Source: Calcarisporiella thermophila CBS 279.70 (lineage: Eukaryota; Fungi; Calcarisporiellomycota). Taken from it: a stretch of 64,000 bases of DNA. This document shows, piece after piece, positions 28,150 through 39,900 of this stretch (its first letter is position 1; each line of letters starts with the position of its first letter). The notes under the pieces were generated by a model. That model worked only from the letters and a program-made list of their open reading frames with translations, was not told the origin of the DNA and searched no databases. The translations under genes were made by a program, and so were the position numbers. The stretch lies in contig NW_027192202.1 of assembly GCF_041956535.1 (NCBI RefSeq), forward strand, positions 598,840-662,839. The letters run 5' to 3'.

Positions 28150-28177
28150 TATCTATCTATCTATCTATCTATCTATC
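28150..28177. repeat. (TATC)7 microsatellite
   Basis: Direct reading. Confidence 0.9.
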
Positions 28178-28622
28178 CTTTTTCACTTATATGTACCCGG
28201 ATTTAGTAACTGTTCAATTTTATCTCTAGTCGATCTTCTAGCACAAATAAATACCATTTATTATGATGCCGGTGTTACATGGGTGATTGAGAAGTGTGGA
28301 TTTAAGGATCGTATCTTTATCCATTTACTATCTCAAGGCTTCTACAATATCTGATGTAGAACACGCTTTTGCAGTAGTGGTGGTTAGCAATCCATACTTA
28401 CCAATCTCCCACATAACACAGGTAGTATTATAATATGTGCTAACATTCGAGTCGCTCAACATAAATACTCAGCTAACTATATTTTAAGACAGTTTTATTT
28501 CCAAATAAATCACACCGTGTTTTATGGATTGTATATAAAGCAAAAGAAAAAAAGAATAAAATAAAGTGGGGAAGATTTTCTAAAGCATCAAAATATCGAG
28601 AGTCTCAGTCCAGGTCGTATAT

Positions 28623-30285
28623 TTAAGCAGAGGCCTGGGCGGGGGCGGCATCTGTTGCTACACGCTGTTGAAATGCAGCCATTCTTGCTTCAAGTTCCGG
28701 TCGAAAATGGTTAATCAAACCCTTCGCAGGCCACCAAGCGGCATCAGCCAATGCACAAATAGTATGGCCCTCCATCTGAATTCCAATCTCACGCATCATA
28801 TCAATTTCTCGCGGCTGAGCTCTACCGGTCTCAAAGCGGTCCATGATGTTTGCGAGCCATTTGGAACCCTCACGACAGGGAGTGCATTGCCCACAGGATT
28901 CATGTGCGTAGAATTTGGAAAGTCGAGAAATAGCGGCCACTACATCTGTAGACTTGTCCATCACTATCACCGCAGCAGTGCCCAAACCTGAGCCTACATC
29001 CCTCAAGGCATCAAAATCCATCAGAACGTCATCACAGACACTCTTGGGGATCAGAGGAACAGAAGAACCACCGGGAATAATTGCCAAAAGATTATCCCAT
29101 CCACCGCGCACACCACCACAATGGCGTTCGATAAGTTCACGTAAAGGAATTGACATTTCTTCTTCGACAGTGCAAGGTTTGTTTACATGGCCAGAGATAG
29201 CAAAGAGTTTCGTGCCCGTATTGCGGGGACGTCCAAGTCCAGCAAACCACTTTCCTCCTCGACGGCAAATTGTTGGAGCCACAGCTACGGTTTCGACGTT
29301 AGTCACTGTTGACGGGCACCCGAATAATCCAACATCGGCAGGGAACGGTGGCTTCAATCGAGGTTTACCCTGTTTACCCTCAAGAGATTCGATGAGGGCA
29401 GTTTCCTCGCCGCAAATGTAAGCACCAGCACCACGATGAATATATACGTCAAAATCGTATCCGGTACCGCACGCGTTCTTGCCAATCAATCCCGCCTCAT
29501 AAGCTTCATTGATTGCGATTTGAAGGGTAGAGGCTTCGTTGTAAAACTCACCACGGATATAAATGTAGGCTTACGTAATATATTTTATAAATTAAAAGAA
29601 TAAAACGACTGAATATAGTATTTTAAAAATATATACCAGCATTGGCGTTCATTGCACGTCCCGCAATCAAACAGCCTTCAATTAATTTATGCGGGTCTTT
29701 GCGCATAATCTCACGATCTTTGCATGTTCCTGGTTCGCCTTCATCAGCATTAATGACCAAATAACGAGGACTAAAGCCAGAAGGCGTGTAAATGTGTATT
29801 GGGTATGTGTTAGTTTGAGAAAACCATCTAAGAGAAGAGAATTCTCACCGGCCATCCGGAGGTTTATTCATGAAACTCCATTTCAAGCCTGAAGGGAAGC
29901 CAGCGCCACCACGCCCGCGCAATCCCGAATCCTTCATTTCTTGAATAATCCATTCATGGCCCTTAAGAACAATCTCTTTCGTCTTGTACCAGTCACCACG
30001 CTTTAAAGCTCCCTTAAGACGAAAGGAATCGCCCTCACCGTAAAGATTTGTAAAGATGCGATCCTCATCCGAAAGATTGCCATACGTGCGCGTAGCTTCG
30101 GTGGCATAGGAGCGAACTGCCGCCGGCGCAAGGATGCGCGAAAGACAGTTGCCTAGATTTCATCAAAATTCAAATTTAGAGGTGAACAGTAGATCTCGTA
30201 AAATTTATAACAGTAATGCTCTATATTAAGAGATAGGTTAATTGATCGAATCCATACCTTGCCTTAACAACGTCGTCCTCAACAT
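28623..30285 (-). CDS. NUO51: Mitochondrial complex I 51-kDa FMN subunit (NDUFV1/NuoF)
   Basis: [51 protein letters not shown], FeS motif [13 protein letters not shown]...HTICAL; presequence MLRTTLLRQ. Confidence 0.96.
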
Positions 30286-30641
30286 TACTGTTCTGAACGA
30301 AGCAAGAAATGTAAATGCAGAGCGAAGGAATCGATTGTTTTCGACGAACAATGATTTGATTTTGACCGGGCTATGTTTGTGCTGATGTCACAGATTGACG
30401 TAATAATTGGTGTTTAACGCTTGATTCCATCATAAATGCTCTTATGCCAATCGGTATAAAAAAATTATAGGAAAACTCTCTATATTTTAAATATATATTC
30501 TTTAATACTTCAGAGAGTGTATCATTTTGTGTATTGAAGAGATGGGCATAAATCAAATATACAGGGATCTTAGGCTCAAATATATTAGGAAAGGTGATAT
30601 AGCATTCTACTATATGCTTCAAATATGTCTACAATTGATAT

Positions 30642-32877
30642 CTAAGCAGGAAGCAGCTCAGTTTCTTCTTTCTCCTTCTTATCAGCTTNNNNNNNNNNNN
30701 NNNNNNNNNNNNNNNNNNNNNNNNNNNNNNNNNNNNNNNNNNNNNNNNNNNNNNNNNNNNNNNNNNNNNNNNNNNNNNNNNNNNNNNNNNNNNNNNNNNN
30801 NNNNNNNNNNNNNNNNNNNNNNNNNNNNNNNNNNNNNNNNNNNNNNNNNNNNNNNNNNNNNNNNNNNNNNNNNNNNNNNNNNNNNNNNNNNNNNNNNNNN
30901 NNNNNNNNNNNNNNNNNNNNNNNNNNNNNNNNNNNNNNNNNNNNNNNNNNNNNNNNNNNNNNNNNNNNNNNNNNNNNNNNNNNNNNNNNNNNNNNNNNNN
31001 NNNNNNNNNNNNNNNNNNNNNNNNNNNNNNNNNNNNNNNNNNNNNNNNNNNNNNNNNNNNNNNNNNNNNNNNNNNNNNNNNNNNNNNNNNNNNNNNNNNN
31101 NNNNNNNNNNNNNNNNNNNNNNNNNNNNNNNNGCTCAGTTTCTTCTTTCTCCTTCTTATCAGCTTTAATCCGAAGATTCTCTAATCTGCTCAAGAGATCA
31201 TCCTCAGCATTCTCGCCCATCTTGTTCACATAATTCTCTTCTTCCTTAATATCCTCACTTCGATTTTTCTCCACTTGTTTTTTAGCTTCAGTTCCTGCTA
31301 AGTCTTCCTTGTCTATTCTCTTTTGATCCAAATTTTGTATTCCTTCCAACTCGATACGCCGCTTTTCTATTTCCAACTGTTTTGCTTGTTCTTCTTCCGA
31401 CCGTCTCTTCAATTGAGCTACTTCTTCTTCCTTCCTAAGGATAATCTCCAATTCGCGCTCCAGGTCTTCCTCTTCAATATCTACATTAGCATTAGGGCCG
31501 ATATCCACTCGCATGGCATCGTCTATTTCTCGTTGATCCGCTAGGGCTTCTGCCACATGATCCAGAGCATCCTGTACAGTATCGACAGTCATTCCCGTTG
31601 ATGCGAGGACAGACTGAAGGGTTGTGGCTCCAACTTCATATGCTCGTACTATATCGGCATCGCTCTCTGCGCTCTGAAGACGAAGAAGAATTGTGTCCAA
31701 AGTTTCAAGTGAATGAAAACGTTTCTCGATCACGGTTTGTAAAGTTCTTTTTTGACGGAGCGCAAACAAAGCCTGAGTTCGTTGCTTACGATTAATATAT
31801 CCTTTCGCTTGATCGATGAGGCTAAATTAATAAAAAAAACCTTTAGGATATCCATTTCTTCCATAAACCCTTATGTTTTAAAATTTTAACCTATTCTGCT
31901 TGGATTCGATATCTTGAATCTGACGATTTAATATACGACATGTCGTCTTGAGCATGAGGATGCCATGGTCCTGCGAGGTTATTTGCTCAAGTTTCTTTTG
32001 CTTAAGGGATTTAAATTTGATAATCTAAAGGAGATAAAGTTAGGATGTTTTAACGAAAGAAGTAGCCATATAAATTGATATTAGGTACTAACCATTTCAC
32101 TATTTTCTGCTATTTCTACATTTAAAGCCTTGTACTCGCTGAAAAGATACGCGATTAAGGCACGTATATCTGTGTCAGAGAGTTTGACTCCGGGAACTGC
32201 AACATTTTCAAATTTCTCTTTGAATTCTGAAAACGAAAGAAGATTATCTGTTATGTTATAGGTAATTGAGGAGCTTTGAAACTGAATAACGCGTTCTGCA
32301 GCTTTCTATTGACAATAATAAATTTAGAGAATATTTCAAAGATAAATAGCCTATTTTTCATACTCGAATATTTGATGCCACTACGAATTGCTTTCCTAGA
32401 TCATTTTGTAGCTGGCTTATTCCCCATTTGATAGGAGACAATATACTTGATACTATCCAGGATCCCCAGCCTTGATTTGGTTTTATGTTAATAACATTCT
32501 CTAGAGGCAATATATCGCCTGTTTTTAACATTTCTTGCTACGAATTTTACTTAAATTAAAAATGATAAATAGAAGTGGGCAATAAAATTTCAACTCACCA
32601 AAACTATCCTTAATCCCATGGGCCGCCCGAATTCTATATGTTCAAATGATGACTCAAGATCAGTTGGATAAAAGCAAAGCACGTCAGTTTGATGAAGTAG
32701 TCCGCGTGTGCTGGCTTCCAGTATAACTGAACGCCAGAATCGAACATTAGCATCATATCCATACGGATTTGATGTGCGTAAAGGACCAAAATCAGAATAA
32801 AGCGACTGAAGTCTAGATTTAGAAGACCACTCTGGAAGAGTAATAAGAAAATTATGTAGTTCCTTATTAGATGTCAT
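30642..32877 (-). CDS. CHMP7: CHMP7/Chm7 (winged-helix + Snf7 ESCRT-III domain)
   Basis: RLQSLYSDF...NPYGYDANVRFW...GRPMGL; Snf7-like C-terminus LQSAESDADIVRAYEVG...EEDLERELE; interrupted by the N gap. Confidence 0.88.
30689..31132. other. Assembly gap (444 N) flanked by a 33-bp exact duplicate
   Basis: gctcagtttcttctttctccttcttatcagctt at 30656-30688 and 31133-31165. Confidence 0.95.
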
Positions 32878-33037
32878 AGATATGAATGGTAAAAATTATG
32901 GAATATGTGAAAAAGCGGGAGTGCAATTGAAAAGTCACGTAGAATTGGTGGCTTCACATCTTAACGTCTTTGGATTTTGCTTCTAGACCTTCAATGCTAT
33001 CTTCATTGCAATAATCATTAACTTGTAATCATTGATT

Positions 33038-33526
33038 ATGGCAGGACCTCCACCGTCCCATTTTAACACATCTCCGAATCTTTCTCTCGCTTTATCTTCT
33101 CGCTCACAGTCTACCGTACCACCCCAGCCTCCCCAACCCCGTCAATATGCTTCTCGAGCATGCAAACGGTGTCGTACTAGAAAAGTAAAATGTGATTTTG
33201 AATACCCGACTTGCGGCCGTTGCTTGCGGGCAGGATTGCAATGCGAATATGTTGAGACGGTACAAGCAGTAGTGGATGAGCGAAGAGAACTTGAGACATT
33301 TCTGGAATCTTTTGGACAAGTACATCTAGTTTGTTTTTTTTTTCATTTTGATAGATGCTGATCTCATATTTCTTTCTAGAAAATCAAAGCCATGTGTGAA
33401 CGTCTTGAGAGTTTGGAAGAGAATTTGAGGTTAGCGCGCCAGACTTACCTCCTTGAAGATAAAACCCCAGCACAACCGCAGATGGAATACGAGGAGCCTA
33501 ATTCAAAAAGAATGAGATATGAATAA
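33038..33526 (+). CDS. Short Zn(II)2Cys6 zinc-cluster protein (~140 aa), 2 exons
   Basis: ACKRCRTRKVKCDFEYPTCGRCLRAGLQC; intron 33320-33379 then KIKAMCERLESLEENL...SKRMRYE*. Confidence 0.85.
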
Positions 33527-33799
33527 TTTTTATATATGGAGGTTAATTTTTCTGTTGATAGATTGACGCTTCCTTAATCACATTTTGGTCTTTTTGTCTT
33601 GTAGTTGGCCAGTATTATTAGTGTTTTTCTCTCTTTTTGTCCTTGGTTTTCTTCTTTTCATTTATATATATATCCTACCTCTTTTCTACTATTGTCTTGT
33701 TGAACTCTTTGTATATTTTAGTAGATAATTAAATCATTTTTTTTTCAAATCAAGTTTATCACCATTAATATTACATATTGTCAATCCTTTGCCTTAGGT

Positions 33800-35531
33800 T
33801 TAAACTTGCGCGGCAGCAACTTCATACAAATACGCACCTAGAAGCTTGGTACCGTTTATGTAGTTACTACGGTCCAGCTTTTCATTAATCGAATGAGCAC
33901 CATCGTCTGCTCTGCCCATTGGAAGTAGCAGCACATTCTTTTTAAGTGCCTCTTGGAAAGTGAGAGTCACTGGGATGGAACCACCTTCGCGGGTAAGTTC
34001 TGGCTTCACTTTGTACACACGTTCAACAGCCTTGGCGGCAGCTACATAGTTCCAATGGTTGGGGCTTGTAACCCAAGACGGGCCTGCATGACCACATGTG
34101 ATGGCGAGTTTGTTTTTAGATCCAAGTCGCTCGAACTCCTGTTCAACGAACTTCGTTACAATCTCTGTAACCTTCTCCGGGTTCATGTTAGGCACCGTTC
34201 TGATAGAGAATTTACCAGTGACGCAGGCAGGGATCACTGTTTTCTCGCCACTTGAATAGAAAGCACCTTCCACGCCATGCACCGAGAGAGAGGGATATCT
34301 CCAGCGGTGCATAAGGGCATCCTTTGATGATTGATGAATAGTGTTCTTTGACTCGATAGCAGCGTGTATGTCGTCGAGGGAAAAGTCGAGGTTGTTATAA
34401 GTTGCGGATTCCTCCTCTTCAAATTAATAAGGTATATTAATTCCCAGTTAATTCGAGTCTCACTCGCAAATAGGTACATACCAGTCAAGGGGGCGACTTC
34501 GTCATAGATTCCGGGGATGAGTATTTTGCCATCAGGACTAACAAGCTTACTCATTAGATGCACGAGATCAACCATGGGCTCATGCACTGCGCCTCCGAAT
34601 ACTCCAGAGTGAAGATCCCGACCAGGACCTTCAATTTTCATATGGAAGTAAGAGACACCTCGCAAACCATAGGTGAGAGCCGGTTTTGTAGTTCCGAGCC
34701 AACTGGAGAATAGAAAAAAGTGTTGGTAACAGAGCAAAGTTACGATCAATCAGCAAGTATACTGACTAGTTATCACTAATGCACACACAATCAACATCGG
34801 CAAAAAATTTGTCTGCTTCACGGTAAATTGCTTCATCCAACCCAACTGAACCACTTTCCTCCATCCCTTCAAAGCACATCTTAAGGTTGACTGGGAGCTC
34901 TAAACCAAGTTTCTTGTGAGCCTCAAGCACATTAATCCAACCCAGAATAGGTCCTTTATCATCGCTAGAACCGCGACCAATAAGGCGACCCTGGTCGTCT
35001 TCGTGAAGTTCAAATGGCTCTGTATTCCAGCCGTCTTCTTTCAAGGCCTGCAAGTAAACTCAGTATTTTTGTAATAAAACAAAAAGAGATCAAGAAACTT
35101 ACGGGTTGGACATCAAAATGACCATAGACCAATATGGTCTTTTTATTTTTGTCATTTCCGAAGGAAGCGAGCACAATTGGAGGAAGTGGAATAACTTTAC
35201 CACCCTTTTCTTGATTTCCAAGGTCAAGCTTCTGGGTGCTGTGTGGTTAAACTAGTTAATAATCTTCTGTAATCAACAACACAATAAGACACCAACCTGG
35301 CACCAAGATCTTCCAACTGCTTTACCATCCAATCTGCCATACGAAAAACTTCTGGGCGAAGGTCTACATCTGCACTCACGCTAGATGAATTCAAAAATTA
35401 GTATACTGAAGGGCAATAAATAGAGTAGTAATATAAATAGTGTACCTTGGAATAGCCACTGCTTCCCTTAAGCGCTCGACAAAGGCATCCTGGTGCTCAT
35501 CCACGTATCCAAAAAATTTTTCGACAGACAT
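33800..35531 (-). CDS. DUG1: Cys-Gly metallodipeptidase (M20, CNDP2-like)
   Basis: [56 protein letters not shown]. Confidence 0.95.
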
Positions 35532-35891
35532 GTTTAGCAGAATAAATGACACAATACAGGTGAGGGAAAAATAAAACGGAAGTTGAAACGCGATTAGACT
35601 CAATTCTTACCGTGGAAAAAAATTCGTAACCATGCCACGTTTGTGCAATGTGTTGCAGTAATTTCAGAACAGACAATTTCTATTAGGAAATACAGTGTCG
35701 GGCAACAGAGCTAAGTTGCTCCCGATGGTTCGTACTGCAAAGCAATTTTTTTTTCGGAAAAATATAGGCGGTTTATTACGCGGAATGGAAATACAGCTTT
35801 AAGCTGATTAGAAGATAGTATAACTTTATGATTAGGACAGAGATATTGCTTAAAGAAGTGGTATATTATGTAAAGATAATAAGGAAGAAAA

Positions 35892-38370
35892 TCATAGTTT
35901 AGCTTTCGCCTTCAACTTCAGTTCTCTCTCAAAGATTCGTAGCATATCGTCAGCAGCTTCTTTAATTGCTTGGTGCATTTTTTCTGCTTGCATTGTTTTG
36001 AGACATGCTATATTGAAGTGCATAAACTTATTGTTAAGTGAATAAGCGACCGCGTATCCGTCTGGGACCGTTTCACCCCAGCCGTACCCATCGAAATGTT
36101 CGCAAGAAAGTTGAGATGTTGAAAGTGAGTAGTGTGAACTTGAATAATAAGCTGGGTCAGCAAATAAGGATGGTAATGGCTCATTCGGCAGAAGTGATTT
36201 GCGAAGACCTTTTTATACAATTAATTTTGCTGAAATTATAATAGAAAGAGCAATGTATTATTTACCCAATAAATGTCGATCGATGGAGCGTCCTTCGAAG
36301 CAGTCAATCATATATTTGGTATGGGTCTTACATGCTCTTCGACAGAGTTCAGCTCTCATTATATCCTATTTGAGGAATCAGTTAGCTCTTATTTATAACT
36401 ATTGATAGACATGCGTCTTACTGTGGCCTTAGGATCGCACATAGATTTTACAAATTTGACCGAGTCTACACTCAGTGTGCGGCATGATTCAGTTCGCCCT
36501 CCCTGAAACTTTCGGTGCGTGGCGCTTTCATAAGTTGGGGGGAATTCTCCATGAACCCGGTAATAGGCAAGCTGCATCACCATTTGTGCATATGCATCAG
36601 GACTAACACGAAAATTCTTAATGCGCTCTTTTCCATATTTTTCATAAGTGAGAACTTTCACGTCATGTTTTGATGCGTGTATATCGAATCGCCACTGTGC
36701 CTCGAATATGATGTCTTGAAATTTCTCGTTGAGCTCAAACTGTAGTAGAGAGGGGAGCCTCAGATTTTTCCGGATAGTTCCCCAATTCATCTCATGTTTC
36801 ATTGTCCTAAATAATAGGTCTTTAATAAATAAAAAAAAATAGAAAGGAATATAAAAAATTTAAGTATACGTACGCTTGACAAATGAATTTACACATCCGC
36901 AGAGTTATCATTCCATCCATCGACGAGTGCTAGCAGTAGGATTTCATATTAAAGTTAAATAATAAGGTAAAATGAGTTAAGCTAGCCTCACCTCGCCAAT
37001 AAACCCGGCTTTTCCGTTTTCAAACACCACTAGTTGAAATGATTTATCATGGTAGCGATTTCCCCCATCTCCATACCAGAGAGCCCTGCTAATTTCGCAA
37101 GGAGTCACAGGTCTGGTGTCATCAAGACAGAGGGTGAAAATAGAACTCTCTATCATGTAGAGATTTGACTCATTTATTTGCGATATTCCCACCAAATGCC
37201 TGCGATTCTATTGATGAAAATACGAGTACACTCTGAATATTTAGGGGCACTAACTTTATCAATTTCCTGCCAAAAGCATACCTCTGTCCATACATCACGG
37301 TCGTCTGCAGTCAAAACACTGATAGCCATATCTCTCTCTTTGCCAGCATGCTCCATGATGTATTGAAATTGACTAATTCATTAAGAATGTTAATAGAATA
37401 TTGAAGTATCAGAATTAACATTTATCTTACCTCTCAAGCTCTGCCGCCGACAGCTGCTTCCCATTTTGCATCACATCCACCGCATAGAATTTATTCTGAC
37501 GAATGACAATAATGTGGTTATGTATTGAAGGATCATATCTGCGTTCATAATCGCTTGGGACGTCAGGAACACGACATGAATTGAACAACCATTTGTAGGT
37601 TGACATGCATAGTGGTTCTCTCATGATATGTTCAGGCTCAAGTTTCTCTCTATGGCAGCAGTATTGTTATTATTGTATCCTATCGTACCAAAATATAATA
37701 GAACACTTACGTGACCACAAGTCGCCTAAATTCAAGAGCAGCGGTAACAATGCTAGCTGCACGCGCAGCAGGCGATGCCCGTTTAGGGTCATCGCGAAAT
37801 ACGTAGTAATAATTGGAATAAAATGGGAGGGGTTCTCGAAATCCAAAATACATGCTCTCATTGAGCCAATCTTCGAGCCAATTTGCGATATTTGGATCAT
37901 TTGCTCGGGATAACAGTCTGTTCTGAAGAGTTTCTCCCCACCCTCCCGGCCGCATAAACTCTTCAACCGCTGCTTTAGTACGTGCAAACTCCGAACTTTT
38001 AAGCAGTGGTTCCACTGTCCTTAGATATTTTTCCATAGTTTCATGCAGTGAGGGAACGGGGAGTCTTGGTAATGTTTGCTGGAATTTAAACATTGGTCCT
38101 GGCTCGTGCACCTTTTCTTCAGGAATATGTTCGGTATTAAATTCACTCCGGAACTCTTCGATCATCGACTTTGTTCGCGATAAACTGGACTCGCTCTTCA
38201 AAGGTCTGACCGTCTGAAGGTATTCTGTCACCTTGAGTGGAAGTGTTGATATGCCCATATTAAGTTTACTATGCTTTTGAGAGGCCATCATGGCCGGATC
38301 CCAGTATGAAATCTATCGAACAAAGTTAAAAAAGGTAGGCCTGAATGAAGGTTAAGGAATTACTTACCAT
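35892..38370 (-). CDS. Carnitine O-acetyltransferase with C-terminal PTS1 (AKL)
   Basis: LPRLPVPSL, NWLEDW, PLCMSTY, NRYHDKS, GEHSSMDG, SPDAYAQM, YESATHRKF.GGRTE; last exon ends LKAKAKL*; ATG-only first coding exon. Confidence 0.9.
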
Positions 38371-39598
38371 TATGCTTTATGCTAAGACTTCTTAATGCAG
38401 AATAACTCCCAATTCAAATGCAAATGATACAATGATTAGTGAAAAGTATATAAAATGATAAAAAGGAGAGCGAGTGGGAAGCGCACAGAACAGATTTTTT
38501 AAGGATGCATGTAATCCGTTTCCTTTTCATCTTCGATTGAAGGAGGTATATATAATATGGTAATGAAACGCGTGTGACTCGCAGGCAACGGTTTTAAATT
38601 CCATGCGCATGTAGCTTGGCCGCTGCGAATTAATTAAATTCACATCACAAATTAGACAATTCATACAAGAACAAGAAAAACATATTAAATCACGAAATGA
38701 TGCCTCCTACACCAAGAAAATAGACGCCCTCGAGCTTCTTTTAAGAAATTTCTCCAAAATAAAACTCGAAACAACTTCATGTATAAAGGAGAATAACTCA
38801 CATAGTTTTCATAGCATTTTGGAAGCACAATGGGCATCATTTCCTCTTTACTAAAACTAATACTATGAGGAAGCTTTATGTGGAGGACGTAATTTATTTA
38901 TAAATTACCAATGCACCCCGCTTTATATAATCCCAATGATAGGATATACGGAATTCTTTACAAATATAAGAGCATCCAACCTCATTCAACGCCGTTCTTT
39001 ACACCCAATATAAAAACGCGTACTGAAAATAGAAAAGAGTAGTCGGACAAGCAAAATGCTGCAAACACCAGTCTAGATATTTATGCGCTCTTTGGTCATC
39101 ATTTTATATAGTCTAATGAAAGCTTTGAATGCTGTGATGGAATCGCGAGACAAGCTAAAAAAAAAGCTGGCACCATTATTGTGCGACCTCCACACATTTT
39201 CCCATCGAGTTGCCTCTGCCCATGCTTTCGTTTCATCGTAGCATTAGAAAATTTATTATATTCGACTTGATTCTTTCTCTACAAATTTTCCTCTGGATGG
39301 TGATCGCAAAGAATATTGCTGTCCCAAACTACTATACTACATATATACGATTTATGTCTTAATGGTCTTGCGGATTACCTGTATTATTAACTCCTATATT
39401 ATCAGATCGAGTATTCGACAGATGCACCCCCAATCTCGCGGAGAATATATTCATCTCCCTTATCCTTTTATTGTTAAAGCTTCTTTTAAAATATTGTTGA
39501 AATATCTTTCGCACAATTTGTGTGAAAATTACTCCTCTTTTGCATCTCCCCAAATGAAAAAAAAACTTAAGGAAATGCGTCGAATATGTACATGATTA

Positions 39599-39648
39599 AT
39601 GCAACACTATATACTGAATAAAAATTTGTTCAGTATATAGTGTTGCAT
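39599..39648. repeat. Inverted repeat, 20-bp perfect arms, 10-nt spacer
   Basis: atgcaacactatatactgaa-taaaaatttg-ttcagtatatagtgttgcat. Confidence 0.9.
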
Positions 39649-39900
39649 ACTTGGATATTTGATGAATTGCTAACCAACTTACTCAAGTCTTTGGAAAACT
39701 AAGTGATCGATCAACCAGTATTTTATTTTTAAATAAAATGATAAGAAATATAGCTCATATCCTATGTATCATTTATTTTCCAACACATTTTCGCAACTTG
39801 ATGGAAATATGAAAGAAAGTCGAGCGAAGAAAAATGAAAAAGATAAAGCTACAATAAAGTATATTCAATATATGATGATAAATATTGCTGGTAATATTAT

